From a virus (lineage: Duplodnaviria; Caudoviricetes): a stretch of DNA of 64,000 nucleotides. The position numbers and the translations under genes were made by a program. The notes below the pieces were generated by a model. The model had not been told where the DNA came from, did no database searches, and saw only the letters and a program-made list of their open reading frames with translations. The stretch is taken from IMG/VR virus record IMGVR_UViG_3300033487_000003, positions 18,900 to 82,899 of that record. One strand, written 5' to 3'. Of this stretch, positions 8,928 to 19,273 are shown piece after piece. Numbering within the stretch: position 1 is the stretch's first letter; every line of letters starts with the position of its first letter.

Positions 8928-10646
8928 ATGACAACGTCCCAGCTACGAGAACCCTGGACGATGGCAGACGCCGAACTACTCGCCGAAGCAAGGGAACTTC
9001 AGCGCCAAGACGACCAGGACGCTGCCCACGATCCCGCCAAACTCCTACACCACCTCACCCCAACCACCTACCGCTACCGCACCCACCTGAAAGTCATCTC
9101 GTCCGCCCTGGTCGACGTCCGTCAGCAGCACGACGCGCGCACCAGCGTTCACGGACCCCGACTACTCATCGAAGAACCACCACAAACCGGAAAAACCGTT
9201 ACCGCCGTGGTCGGAGCGGCCTTCTGGTGGCTCATCCACCACCCCACCCACCGAATCGTCATCGGCTCACACGGCGACGCCCTCGCCGTCGACCGGGGCA
9301 GCGACATCAAAAAACTCGTCGAGGAACACGGCGACCGCTACGGACTCAAACTTGCCAGGGGCTCCACCAGCAAACAAGACTGGCGACTGGCAACCAGAGG
9401 CGGCGTCAAGAGCGTTGGTGTCGGTACCGGCATCGCAGGATGGCCAGCTGACGTCGTATTCGTGGACGACCCGCACAAAAGCAGACAGGAGGCTGACAGC
9501 ATCGTCAGCCGCGAGCGAGTCTGGAAGTGGTTCAGCGCGGACATCACGTCACGACTGGCACCAGGAGCCCCGGTCATCCTGATCATGACTCCCTGGCATC
9601 CCGACGACCTCGCCGCACGGCTCATATCAGAACAGGGCCGAATCGAAGAAAGCGGCAGGTGGCGGGTCCTACGCATGCCAGCCTTCTGCGACGATCCGAA
9701 ACGTGACCCCCTCGGCCGCAAATTCGGTGACCCCCTGCCACACCCCTTGATCCACCCCCGCGACACCAAATCACTCATCGACCACTGGAACGGACGCCGC
9801 GCGGCCTCGACCGTGCAGGACTGGCACAGCCTGTACATGTGCGACCCGAAACCCGAAGAAGGCGCCCTACTCCAACGCGCGCTTCTTCGCGAACGCCGCT
9901 GCTACATGACCAGCTCACCCAGTCACCCATGCGACCAGAAACCGACGAAAGCCGCCGTGGCGGTCGACCCATCTGGTGGTGGCCGAGACACCGCCGGGAT
10001 CGTCGGTGGTTACCTTGGTTCCGACAAACGCCTCTATATCAGCCACGATTACACCGGCGTCATGCCCTCGGACCAATGGGCCAGAAGAGCATGCGAAATG
10101 GCCGTGCTGATCGATGCCGACCATGTGGTGATCGAAAACAACTTCGGTGGCGACATGGGTAGGTTGGCGATCCGCAGTGCGTGGGACGTCCTGATCCGAG
10201 AGGTCATGGAGCGCTACCAGAAGGCCAGAGACGAGGTAGGCCGCGACCGAACTCTTTCACCAGACACCCGACGCGCGGCCCTGGCCGAACTGGATGCCAC
10301 GGTGCGCGCCTACCGGAGATTGTGTCCGAGGATCTCAACGGTCCGCGCCCGAAAGAACAAGCGGCTACGCGCAGAGCCGATCGCCCAGCAATGGACCGAA
10401 GACCGCATCAGAACCGCCACATACCTACCCGAACTGGAAGATGAGTGGGCAACATGGCAACCAGACCTCCGCGACTCACCAGGTCGAATCGACGCGAGCG
10501 TGTACCTCGCCTACGACCTATTACCAATACCAGGAATGGGATCCGGTACGGTCCGCAAGGAACCAACCGGAAACCTACCCACCTCGGGTATGTCCCCGTT
10601 GGGTGGATCGAGTGGGGGAGTGTCGAGCCTCGGCCCACTCGGATGA
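8928..10646 (+). CDS. terL: terminase large subunit
   Basis: Walker A EEPPQTGKT, Walker B VFVDDP, IMTPWHPDDL, RNaseH-like AVDPS..GRD, E.NFGGD, PGRIDA; TATCAT 6 nt before ATG suggests leaderless start. Confidence 0.93.
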   Translation: MTTSQLREPWTMADAELLAEARELQRQDDQDAAHDPAKLLHHLTPTTYRYRTHLKVISSALVDVRQQHDARTSVHGPRLLIEEPPQTGKTVTAVVGAAFWWLIHHPTHRIVIGSHGDALAVDRGSDIKKLVEEHGDRYGLKLARGSTSKQDWRLATRGGVKSVGVGTGIAGWPADVVFVDDPHKSRQEADSIVSRERVWKWFSADITSRLAPGAPVILIMTPWHPDDLAARLISEQGRIEESGRWRVLRMPAFCDDPKRDPLGRKFGDPLPHPLIHPRDTKSLIDHWNGRRAASTVQDWHSLYMCDPKPEEGALLQRALLRERRCYMTSSPSHPCDQKPTKAAVAVDPSGGGRDTAGIVGGYLGSDKRLYISHDYTGVMPSDQWARRACEMAVLIDADHVVIENNFGGDMGRLAIRSAWDVLIREVMERYQKARDEVGRDRTLSPDTRRAALAELDATVRAYRRLCPRISTVRARKNKRLRAEPIAQQWTEDRIRTATYLPELEDEWATWQPDLRDSPGRIDASVYLAYDLLPIPGMGSGTVRKEPTGNLPTSGMSPLGGSSGGVSSLGPLG

Positions 10647-10688
10647 CGTCCTCCATATCATGATCTATTTGGATTGGTCTGGTGCTTG

Positions 10689-11012
10689 ATGGTCGATGAC
10701 AGTATCGTGACGTGGTTACATATCCAACTCGACGCGGACGAGACCTCTGCCCGGGGACTCTCCGAGCAGACACGGAAAATCAAACCCGATGTAGTACGGA
10801 TGGCTACTGGAGTCCTCGCGGACATCGAAGCCAAGCGGGCAATTCTGGACGCACATGAAAATGCCCGTAGTACCTATCACCGTCGCTATCGGCGTGGGGT
10901 CGGAACGGCCACAGAACGCGCGACAATCTATGCGCTAGACCACGTGGTGTGCCTGTTGGCTAACACGTACGCTGACCGCCCCGGGTTCCGCGAGGAGTGG
11001 AGGTCGCGTTGA
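10689..11012 (+). CDS. DUF6221-like protein
   Basis: WL..QLD.DE..A...VLADIEAKRAIL...LA..YADRPGFREEW; paralogous to 44646..45062. Confidence 0.7.
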   Translation: MVDDSIVTWLHIQLDADETSARGLSEQTRKIKPDVVRMATGVLADIEAKRAILDAHENARSTYHRRYRRGVGTATERATIYALDHVVCLLANTYADRPGFREEWRSR

Positions 11013-11191
11013 GCGCCGCGCCGACCCCGTCGCTGATGAGCCGTAGCACGGTGGTACTCGGTGGCTTGGGGACGCTGACCGCCCTGGTTGGGCTACTCGC
11101 TGCGGCGGTCGGCGCCCCACGCCTTGTCGCTGCTGTCGGGGGAGTGCTGGCGATCAGCTGTGCTCTGGTGGCTTCTGGTCGTAGGTGTTGA
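11009..11191 (+). CDS. small membrane protein
   Basis: TTGA overlap with upstream gene; two hydrophobic helices. Confidence 0.5.
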   Translation: MSAAPTPSLMSRSTVVLGGLGTLTALVGLLAAAVGAPRLVAAVGGVLAISCALVASGRRC

Positions 11192-11483
11192 TGGGTTCTA
11201 CGTCTACACCCATGAGGTGAGCCCGTATGATCCAGCCCACGATCACCTGTACTGTCGAGCGATTCATGACGCGACTAAGATCGATAATTGTTGTTTCTTC
11301 CAGTGATGACAGTCGTAACACTCCCGCCATCATGAGTGCTTCACGGAGAACTATGACGCCCTTGCTCGCGTCGTCTCCGGGTATTCCGTACGTCGAGGCG
11401 TCGAACTGGGATTCAGCGTCCTCGCGTGAGACGTACGGTCCGTTGTTTCGGATCGGAGAGGGTTCCATACCACAAACTACCAC
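11154..11483 (-). CDS. hypothetical protein
   Basis: 109 aa ORF, protein-like composition. Confidence 0.5.
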   Translation of the reverse strand: MVVCGMEPSPIRNNGPYVSREDAESQFDASTYGIPGDDASKGVIVLREALMMAGVLRLSSLEETTIIDLSRVMNRSTVQVIVGWIIRAHLMGVDVEPINTYDQKPPEHS

Positions 11484-11720
11484 CCACCCCGTTACGTGTT
11501 ACTACGGGGTAGAGCAAAATATGGTGGCTGGTAAACCACCATGGCAGCCAAGAAACCGCGTACCATAGCTCATGACGCGAGCGTACGAACGCTCACGTAC
11601 CTTTGTGATCTACAGAACGTGTGGACGGACGGACAACGACGCCCTCTCCCCGGAGAGGGCGTCGCCGTATCTACCCACCGAGATCGTGTGACTTTCACCA
11701 GCTCCCTTTATGATCACTAC

Positions 11721-12050
11721 ATGCCGTCTGTGCTGGTACTCCTGATCTACGCCCTCGCGGTAGCCCGCCTAACGACCATCATCACCACAGACGAGATCAG
11801 TCGACCTGTCCGCCAAGCGCTGGTTCGTCGATTCGACCCGACCAAACGGCTGCATCGTTGGATCGTCTACCTACTCGGCGACGCCGAGGATGGCACCGCC
11901 AGCGGCTGCCCCTGGTGCGTGTCCATCTGGATCGGACTACTGTCCGCGCCGCTGGTATGGGCGGCCCCCACGAGTCCATGTCTGCTCGTACCGCTCATGG
12001 GGCTTGCCGCATCGCAGGTCACGGGAATGATATTCAGGATCGGCAGGTAG
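11721..12050 (+). CDS. DUF1360-like membrane protein preceding portal
   Basis: LAVARLT..ITTD.I...CPWCVSIW; TATGAT 6 nt before ATG 11721 (longer start 11541 also possible). Confidence 0.75.
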   Translation: MPSVLVLLIYALAVARLTTIITTDEISRPVRQALVRRFDPTKRLHRWIVYLLGDAEDGTASGCPWCVSIWIGLLSAPLVWAAPTSPCLLVPLMGLAASQVTGMIFRIGR

Positions 12051-12054
12051 TGAG

Positions 12055-14112
12055 ATGGTCGGTATCCCCCGGCAACGCAAGCCGGCCGCCAAAGACCAGA
12101 AACCCACCATCGAACAAGACCCCGCAATCGCTGACGCAAACCGCCGCGCACGGGCGATTGACCATGCCGAGCAGCTGGCCTACGTCGAAGAGCAACGCCG
12201 TAAGCAGCTGGAAGACGAACTTACCCATCCCGCACCAATAGACCCGGAGATTCGTCACGTTGCCCTGAAAGCCGCCGCGACCCGAACCCACACCATCACA
12301 GCGGCGGTTAGCCGGGTAGAACTCGACGGCGTCAGCTGGAAAAGCTACCGATTCGGTGACCGTGCCTGGCAGGCTGACGCGTGGCGACTGTACGACATAA
12401 CCGGACAACTCAGATTCGTGTCGAACTGGGCCGGGAACTGCCTCTCCCGCTGCATCCTACGCGTCCACGAGGTCGACGAGCAAGGAAACATTGGTGCGGC
12501 GGTCGAGAATCCGGAGATCGCACAGCTCGGATCCGGCCCACTAGGGGTAGGTGACTCCCGCGCGGAATCACTCCGACTGTGCGGCATTGACCTGTTCGTG
12601 TCCGGTGAGGCATTCCTGATCGCCGAGGCCGAGGGTAGCCCAGACGGCTCTGATCTCTGGTGGGTAGTGACCGCCAGACAGATCAAGCGGAATGGCGACG
12701 TCATCACCATTCCCCGCTCACCCCTCCACGGTGGTGGAATATTCACCTACCGTGATGGTATTGATCTGATCCTACGATGCTGGACCCCTCACCCCAACGA
12801 CACCAACGAACCAGATTCCTCAACCAGATCCGCGATTCCGGACCTACGGAAAATGGAAGCCATCCGCAAGAGAGAATTCGCGGAACTCGACTCCCGTCTG
12901 ATCGGCGCCGGAGTCATGTTCGTCCCAGACAGCATGGACCTTCCCCGGGGAGAAGACGACCCACAGGGACCTGAAGGATTCTCCGCGCTCCTGATGCGCA
13001 CCATGGCAGCATCGTTGCGCGATCGGTCCTCGTCCGCCGCCATGGTGCCGATCATCGTGCAGGGCAACGCCACCGACATCGACAGGGTCAAGCATCTAAC
13101 ATTCTGGTCGCCGATGTCGGAACAGCTGTCCGGCATGTGGCAGAACACCCTGATCAGCCTGGCCGAAGATCTCGACGTCCCACCCGAGGTCATGACCGGA
13201 CTCGGCGGGTCGAATCATTGGAGTGCCTGGGCGGTCAGTGACGCTGCGGTCACCGAACAGATCAAGCCATTGGCGTCCCGGATAGCCTCCGCCCTGACCA
13301 TCGGCTACCTCTGGCCAGCGTTGGAAAGCCTCGGCGTCGAAGACGTCACCCAGTTTGCCTACCAGTTCGACACGGCACTGCTGACGGTCCGACCGAACCG
13401 ATCCAGCGATGCGATGACCTACCACACCGCTGGTTTGATCTCCGACGAAACCGCGCGTACCGCCGGAGCGTGGGGAGACGACGATGCCCCATCCGAAGAG
13501 GAACGCGCACGACGTATCGCCGAGCAACTTCTCCTGTCCGCACCACAGATCGCCCTCGCCGACCCCGGTATCCGTCAGCTCCTTTCCCTCCCGGAAATAG
13601 GTGCGGTACCAGCGAACACAGACCAGGGACCGACCGGAGAGCAGCCAGCGCTCGAACCCGGTAACGAGGAGAACGGGCCACCAGACACGCAACCCCAGGG
13701 GACCGACGGCCGCCCCGACGACCAGCAATCCCCACCACCACCAGTAGCAGCGATCGACCTCCATGGCTTGGACGTCGCACTTACCCTCATGGCACGTAGG
13801 GCTATGACCCTCGCCGGACAGCGTCTGGTACCACACACCCAGCGCTCCCGGTATGGCAAGGTTCCTGGATACCAGCTTTCCGCCAAACACGGCGCCGTAC
13901 TCGCCGATCAGGTGTCCACCCTGCTCGCTAAAGCCTGGACTGACCTTGACATGGTCGCCCTACGGTACCGACTGGACACCACAGCACTGACAGAGCTCAT
14001 GGACGGGTTCTGCCGGGAACTACTGATCCGAGGTATCGCCTATGGAGACGACCTCCTGAAGGACCTACTGTCCTCTCCAAACGTCATCCGGAGGTTGACG
14101 AACCATGTCTGA
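12055..14112 (+). CDS. portal protein
   Basis: Position after terminase; WQADAWRLYD..GQLRF, WTPHP, R.IGAGVMFVP, L...LDVPPEV.TG...SNHWSAW. Confidence 0.9.
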   Translation: MVGIPRQRKPAAKDQKPTIEQDPAIADANRRARAIDHAEQLAYVEEQRRKQLEDELTHPAPIDPEIRHVALKAAATRTHTITAAVSRVELDGVSWKSYRFGDRAWQADAWRLYDITGQLRFVSNWAGNCLSRCILRVHEVDEQGNIGAAVENPEIAQLGSGPLGVGDSRAESLRLCGIDLFVSGEAFLIAEAEGSPDGSDLWWVVTARQIKRNGDVITIPRSPLHGGGIFTYRDGIDLILRCWTPHPNDTNEPDSSTRSAIPDLRKMEAIRKREFAELDSRLIGAGVMFVPDSMDLPRGEDDPQGPEGFSALLMRTMAASLRDRSSSAAMVPIIVQGNATDIDRVKHLTFWSPMSEQLSGMWQNTLISLAEDLDVPPEVMTGLGGSNHWSAWAVSDAAVTEQIKPLASRIASALTIGYLWPALESLGVEDVTQFAYQFDTALLTVRPNRSSDAMTYHTAGLISDETARTAGAWGDDDAPSEEERARRIAEQLLLSAPQIALADPGIRQLLSLPEIGAVPANTDQGPTGEQPALEPGNEENGPPDTQPQGTDGRPDDQQSPPPPVAAIDLHGLDVALTLMARRAMTLAGQRLVPHTQRSRYGKVPGYQLSAKHGAVLADQVSTLLAKAWTDLDMVALRYRLDTTALTELMDGFCRELLIRGIAYGDDLLKDLLSSPNVIRRLTNHV

Positions 14113-14368
14113 CAAACCAAAGATCGACGCGCTAGAAGCAGCCCAGTCGTCACCAAACGCCATGGTCAATGCTCGGGGCGACGTATTCTACCCAGACGAC
14201 GGAACAGAAGCAGCATGGTTCGCCATCGAACACGGAGCACGTCCCCTGTCTCCTGACCGGTTCCCATTCACTCCAGATCCGTTGACGGTCAAATATCTCT
14301 GGCCAGCGTTGAAAAGCCTCGACGTCGATGACGCCACCCAATATCGCCTCGAATGGGAACAGCAGTGA
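14105..14368 (+). CDS. small protein whose C-terminus copies a portal segment
   Basis: LTVKYLWPALKSLDVDDATQY vs portal LTIGYLWPALESLGVEDVTQF. Confidence 0.6.
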   Translation: MSDKPKIDALEAAQSSPNAMVNARGDVFYPDDGTEAAWFAIEHGARPLSPDRFPFTPDPLTVKYLWPALKSLDVDDATQYRLEWEQQ

Positions 14369-15177
14369 CCGAACCGTGGACCGGAGAAGGTACTGACCCG
14401 TGGCTTCCTGACCGGATCGGATTCGCCGAACAGGCCGCCGCCGCTGAGATGGCGGTACGTAAGCAGATATGGGCCGAACTGTCCGGCTGGCTGGTCGACG
14501 TGTCCCGCGTGGTTCTTGCCACGGCGCGTCCCGATCCGGTCGCAGTGTTCTCTCAGCAGCCGGCCTGGTCAGCTGCTGTGAACCGGATCGTGTCGGACAC
14601 GATCACCGACACGATCGGTACCGCGTACAAGACGATGCTCGGCGATGATTATCGGTTCGAGTCGCGGCCGATGGTCGTTGATCACCTCGCTCAGGTCACC
14701 AACCGCATGGTCCGTACCCCGGATCAGGTCTTCGATCTGGTGGCGTCCGAGGTCGCCAGGGGTGCTGAGCTGGGCGAGTCGATTCCGAAGATCGCCAATC
14801 GAATCGAGGATGTGCTTGACGTGACGCGCACGGAGCGTTGGGCTAACCGGGCGACCGTGGTAGCTCGTACGGAGACGATGGGCGCGCTGAACGCAGGTCG
14901 TACCGGGGCGTTCGCGGCGGTTGCCGAGGAGACCGGCGACGAGTTCGAACAGGTGTGGTTGGCGACGATCGACCGCCGCACCAGGTCCACGCACAAGACA
15001 GCAGATGGGCAACGGGTTCCGGTTGGGCAGCCGTTCATGGTTGGTGGCGCGTCTCTGAGGTATCCGGGTGATCCTCTCGGACCGGCCAAAGAGATCATTC
15101 AATGCCGATGCTCGTCTTTGCTTGTGGAGCCTGGCGAAACGCTGGACCTGTCGAATCGTCAGTTTCGGACGGGGTGA
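14365..15177 (+). CDS. MuF-like minor head (head morphogenesis) protein
   Basis: ARTET..A.NAG, WLAT.DRRTR.TH..ADGQ, LRYPGDP, IQCRC. Confidence 0.9.
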   Translation: MTEPWTGEGTDPWLPDRIGFAEQAAAAEMAVRKQIWAELSGWLVDVSRVVLATARPDPVAVFSQQPAWSAAVNRIVSDTITDTIGTAYKTMLGDDYRFESRPMVVDHLAQVTNRMVRTPDQVFDLVASEVARGAELGESIPKIANRIEDVLDVTRTERWANRATVVARTETMGALNAGRTGAFAAVAEETGDEFEQVWLATIDRRTRSTHKTADGQRVPVGQPFMVGGASLRYPGDPLGPAKEIIQCRCSSLLVEPGETLDLSNRQFRTG

Positions 15178-15181
15178 TCTT

Positions 15182-15400
15182 ATGGACGATCAACAGTGCT
15201 GGTTTTGTGAAGAAAGAAACGTATCCGTCTGGCATGCGGCTTTTTGTTCAGTACGTGAGCTGTTTGGTGGTACTCCGCTGACAACCACCTGGACCGGTAG
15301 CACGGTTCCAGGGAAAGCCGCGCTGATCATCACCCTCACCACGATCATTACCGGAATGCTCACAGTCATCTACGCAAACATGACCATATGGACAAACTGA
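15182..15400 (+). CDS. small protein with C-terminal TM helix
   Basis: CxxC near N-terminus, hydrophobic C-terminus. Confidence 0.5.
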   Translation: MDDQQCWFCEERNVSVWHAAFCSVRELFGGTPLTTTWTGSTVPGKAALIITLTTIITGMLTVIYANMTIWTN

Positions 15401-15419
15401 GCCGAAAGGGGCCAGCATC

Positions 15420-17291
15420 ATGGGCACACGGTGGCGGGGCATGCTCGCCCCACTAGGAATACCAACAGGAGACGGACGCCGGTTTCTCGCCGACGGCATC
15501 ACCTACCGAGAACTCCCCCTTGCGCTGAAATGGCAACGCACCGACGAGGGAGGACACGACACCTCAGTCGTCGTCGGACTGGTCGACACGATCGACGTCC
15601 AAACCGACGCGGCGTGGGGAGAAGGAGAATTCTTCGATGACCTAGACCCAATCGAGTTTGAGCGTCTCCTGAAAGACGTCCGAGAGGCCATGCTCCTTAC
15701 CGGCAAGAAGGTCATCGGCCCGTCCGTCGACCCTGGTGCGGTAGAGATGGCCTACGTCAGAACAGGTGATGACACTCCCCTGACCAGTGATGAGCTTGAC
15801 GAGCTCTTCTGGGAAGAGATGGAGACCGGAGAACCCACCCAACTGGAACTCCTGTTCACCAAATACGAGATCAGCGCTGCGACCCTGGTCACAACCCCCG
15901 CGTTCGCCGAGTGTCGTCCGTTCGAACTCCTCGAACCAGCCCTGACCGCAGCCATTCGCTCATCAGGATGGGATCAGTTCCCACTGGGCGCGCGGGAAGC
16001 CGAATGGGACGAATCAGAAGCAGAGCGCCGTATCGCCGACGACGCGGGTATCGGGGGAGACAACCCCGACTGGGCCCGGTACGCGGAGGCGTTCCTGTAC
16101 CGCGAGGACGACGCCGACCCAGAGCTGAAAGGATCGTACGGGTTCCAGATCATTGACGTAGTCGATGGTGAGCGGGTCATCATGCCCCGAGGAGTGTTCA
16201 CCGTCGCTGGGGTGCTGGAAGGATCGATGGGGGGAACCAACATCCCCGACCAGGATCAGCAGAACATGAAGGAAGTCGTTTCCGGCTTGTACGAGAGGAT
16301 GGCCGAGGAGTTCGACGACGACACGATCGTCGTACCGTGGGAAACGTCCGCGTCGTCGTCCGCCGCCCTGGTCGCGTCGTTGACCGCCGCCGCTGCGACG
16401 CGCGTGTACGACCTCGCAGCGTTCGCGCCACCCGAGACCCCAGAGGACGGATTGGTCGGCCTGACCGTCACCGACGACGGTAGGGTGTACGGACACATCG
16501 CCGCCCACGACGTGTGTCACCTCGGCATCCCCGGGGTGTGCATGACCGCCCCGGTCGACCTCGTCGGATTCGACCAGTTCCACCGCTACCCGGTAATGGG
16601 CTCCGACGGGGAGCCGATCGCGGTAGGACGCCTCACCTACGGTGGGGGAAAGTTCGCCCACGCCTGTTCCTGTTGCCGGGGCAGTGACGATCACGCGTGC
16701 AATGCCCTGTCGATGGGTGGGGCGATCGCCCACCACGACCAGATGACCACCGTGGCGTACGTGCGCGCGTGGGAAGACGCGGCGAACAACGCGATCAGAA
16801 TTTCGGGGGTCCTTGCCGAGGGTGTGACCGCCGATCAGATCAAGGCACTTGCCCGGGGACGGGTATCCGGGGACTGGCGGGCATACGGTACCGATCTGGC
16901 CCTGACAGAGATCCTGGTGCTCTCCCGAGAACGCCCTGGGTTCCCGCTGCCACGGGGTCGGATGGCAAATCAGCGGATGATGGCGCTGACAGCAGCCGGA
17001 ACGATCAGTCCGCGCCGTAAGAGCATGGCCGCTACCGTCCCGGACATCGACTACGAACGGTTGGCTGGGCTGATCGCGGACAGACTGACGTCGGCTGGTC
17101 TGCTCTCCAACGGGGTGGACAACACCACCCGGCAGGATGACGAGCGTCCTGTTGACAGCGCCGATACTGGTCAAACCGGTGAGGTGGAGAACCTGGTCGC
17201 CGAGCTGGGCGTGATCTTCGCAGGACGCGACGAGGTGGAAGCCCGCCGGTTGGCGGGAGAAGTGGAGATGATCACTTATGTGCTGCGGTAA
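15420..17291 (+). CDS. prohead maturation protease/scaffold-type protein
   Basis: Position after MuF; TGDGRRF, GRVYGHIA.H..CH, SGDWR, PGFP..R motifs typical of actinophage head proteins. Confidence 0.75.
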   Translation: MGTRWRGMLAPLGIPTGDGRRFLADGITYRELPLALKWQRTDEGGHDTSVVVGLVDTIDVQTDAAWGEGEFFDDLDPIEFERLLKDVREAMLLTGKKVIGPSVDPGAVEMAYVRTGDDTPLTSDELDELFWEEMETGEPTQLELLFTKYEISAATLVTTPAFAECRPFELLEPALTAAIRSSGWDQFPLGAREAEWDESEAERRIADDAGIGGDNPDWARYAEAFLYREDDADPELKGSYGFQIIDVVDGERVIMPRGVFTVAGVLEGSMGGTNIPDQDQQNMKEVVSGLYERMAEEFDDDTIVVPWETSASSSAALVASLTAAAATRVYDLAAFAPPETPEDGLVGLTVTDDGRVYGHIAAHDVCHLGIPGVCMTAPVDLVGFDQFHRYPVMGSDGEPIAVGRLTYGGGKFAHACSCCRGSDDHACNALSMGGAIAHHDQMTTVAYVRAWEDAANNAIRISGVLAEGVTADQIKALARGRVSGDWRAYGTDLALTEILVLSRERPGFPLPRGRMANQRMMALTAAGTISPRRKSMAATVPDIDYERLAGLIADRLTSAGLLSNGVDNTTRQDDERPVDSADTGQTGEVENLVAELGVIFAGRDEVEARRLAGEVEMITYVLR

Positions 17292-17474
17292 CACGATCGC
17301 CAGGAACTACGGTCAGGCAGGCGACAGTCAGCAGACAGGGTGGGTCGTGACCTACCCGAACGGAGCGACCGAGACGAAGACGACTGAGGTCGCCGCGCGG
17401 TTGGCCGCAGCCCTGGTGCCTGGGGCGAAGTATGTCAAGGCTGAGACATCCGTGTGACATTGACAGTGTGATGA

Positions 17475-17506
17475 TCGAGGCGCGGACCACCCGGTCCGCG
17501 CCTCGA
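17475..17506 (+). terminator. 14-bp perfect hairpin at left edge of glycosyltransferase cassette
   Basis: tcgaggcgcggacc-accc-ggtccgcgcctcga. Confidence 0.55.
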
Positions 17507-17522
17507 CCCGTAGGGAGAGCAG

Positions 17523-17789
17523 ATGATTCAGCCAGACACCACTCCTAGGATCACCTGGGCTGTGCTGACGGTCCAGGACAGCGACGGCAAGGTCAGCGTC
17601 ATGGAGATCCCGGTCGGTAACAACATCGATGTGGAGTACGAAACTAGTTACAGGGAGTCACCGTATTTTCTTCTCGATGAGACGGTACCTGTGTCTACGA
17701 GATCTCTCGGACAGAAATTGACAGTCGTGATCGAGGCGACGGTGGGAAACCCGAATGTGCCCCTGATGGTGCTGAGGGGCCATGGATGA
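17523..17789 (+). CDS. hypothetical protein
   Basis: AGGGAG RBS; ATGA overlap with next gene. Confidence 0.65.
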   Translation: MIQPDTTPRITWAVLTVQDSDGKVSVMEIPVGNNIDVEYETSYRESPYFLLDETVPVSTRSLGQKLTVVIEATVGNPNVPLMVLRGHG

Positions 17790-18454
17790 GCGGATACACG
17801 GACGCCGATCTTGTGATCCTCGTTCCGATGTTGGGACGGCCGCAGCACGTCGCTCCACTGTTGGCCACGATCGAGGCGACGGTCCCGAACGCCGAGGTGT
17901 TGTTCCTGTGTTCCCCGCAGGACTGGGCAGTTCTTGACGAGATCAAGAGCGCGGATAGGTCGTACGTCGAGGTTCCGTACTACCCGGTTGGTGACTACGC
18001 CCGGAAGATCAACAGGGGGGTGTTCGCCACCACCCATTCGCTGATCTTCCTTGGCGCGTCAGACCTCGCGTTCTACCCGAACTGGTTCGAACACGCGATC
18101 GAACACCTCCATCCCGGGATCGGTGTCGTAGGAACCAACGACCTCGGAAACGCGCGAGTCATCGCCGGAACCCACTCCACCCACTCCCTTGTGACCAGGG
18201 AATACGCCGCCCTGGGAACCATCGACGCCCGAGAGAAGTTGCTCCATGAGGGCTATCACCACGAGTTCGTCGATGACGAGTTCATAGAAACTGCCCGATT
18301 CAGACAAGCGTTCGAAATGGCCCCAGAATCGATCGTCGAACACCTACACCCCAACTGGGGAAAGGCCACCACCGACCCGCTCTACGACCAACAACGACGC
18401 CGCATGGCCTACGGCCATCGGCTCTACAACCACCGGAGACGACTGTGGCAATGA
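17786..18454 (+). CDS. glycosyltransferase, GT-A fold (GT2-like)
   Basis: ILVPMLGRP, KINRG, FLGASDL (DxD variant), FVDDEF. Confidence 0.8.
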   Translation: MSGYTDADLVILVPMLGRPQHVAPLLATIEATVPNAEVLFLCSPQDWAVLDEIKSADRSYVEVPYYPVGDYARKINRGVFATTHSLIFLGASDLAFYPNWFEHAIEHLHPGIGVVGTNDLGNARVIAGTHSTHSLVTREYAALGTIDAREKLLHEGYHHEFVDDEFIETARFRQAFEMAPESIVEHLHPNWGKATTDPLYDQQRRRMAYGHRLYNHRRRLWQ

Positions 18455-18669
18455 CCCTTTCCCTGAGCGACCACGGCCCGACGATTCCACGCGAGCAGAG
18501 CATGAACACAGCAATCGCACAAATTGGATGGATTGGAAAGACCGGAACCGTGTACCGACTCGACCAGCCACCCACGAGCAGTAGCGAACCGGGAGGTTTC
18601 GCACCGCTGCTGATCTCCGTCGGAACGTGGGAACACCTCGGAAACGAACATTGGGGTATCCATGACTGA
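18451..18669 (+). CDS. hypothetical protein
   Basis: Overlaps both neighbours at stop/start. Confidence 0.55.
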   Translation: MTLSLSDHGPTIPREQSMNTAIAQIGWIGKTGTVYRLDQPPTSSSEPGGFAPLLISVGTWEHLGNEHWGIHD

Positions 18670-19273
18670 CGTGACCATCCTGGTCGCCACCTACGGTGAT
18701 CAGGCATGGGAGCACCTCGCTCAGGTTCGTGCGATCCCATCGGCACAGGAGCAGGGTGTTCCGGTCATACACCGCCATGGCGCGACATTGCACGAGGCAC
18801 GTAACGCCTGCCTGCACGCGGCGCGAACCACGTGGGTCGTACACCTGGACGCCGACGACGAACTAGAAGACCACTACATCACCACCTTGATGAGCGGATC
18901 ATCCGACGTCCGTGCCCCATCAGTGCGCTACGTGCAGGGCAACTACGCCCAACCACCACGGGTCCCCACCGTCTACGGACATTCGCACACCTGTACGGCA
19001 GAGTGTTTGCCCTACGGGAACTGGATCATCGTCGGAGCGCTGGCACGCAGACAGCTGCTCATCGACATTGGTGGATGGCGTGACTTCAGCTGGTCGGAGG
19101 ACTGGGACCTCTGGTTACGTTGTCACCTCGCCGGCGGAAGTATCGAGACAATCCCACAAGCCATCTACCGCGCACACGTCCGACTCGCCTCCCGTAACCG
19201 GGCAGCCAGCCACGAGCAACGCCTGGCTGTGCACCGCGCGATCGCCCAAGCGAATGGAGTACCCATACCGTGA
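18662..19273 (+). CDS. glycosyltransferase family 2
   Basis: ARNACL, HLDADDEL, IGGW, EDWDLWLR. Confidence 0.9.
   Translation: MTDVTILVATYGDQAWEHLAQVRAIPSAQEQGVPVIHRHGATLHEARNACLHAARTTWVVHLDADDELEDHYITTLMSGSSDVRAPSVRYVQGNYAQPPRVPTVYGHSHTCTAECLPYGNWIIVGALARRQLLIDIGGWRDFSWSEDWDLWLRCHLAGGSIETIPQAIYRAHVRLASRNRAASHEQRLAVHRAIAQANGVPIP

Noticed and set aside
17729-17883. Shared 15-mer gatcgaggcgacggt in adjacent genes
   Set aside because: Short, GC-rich, and encodes IEATV in both; could be chance.
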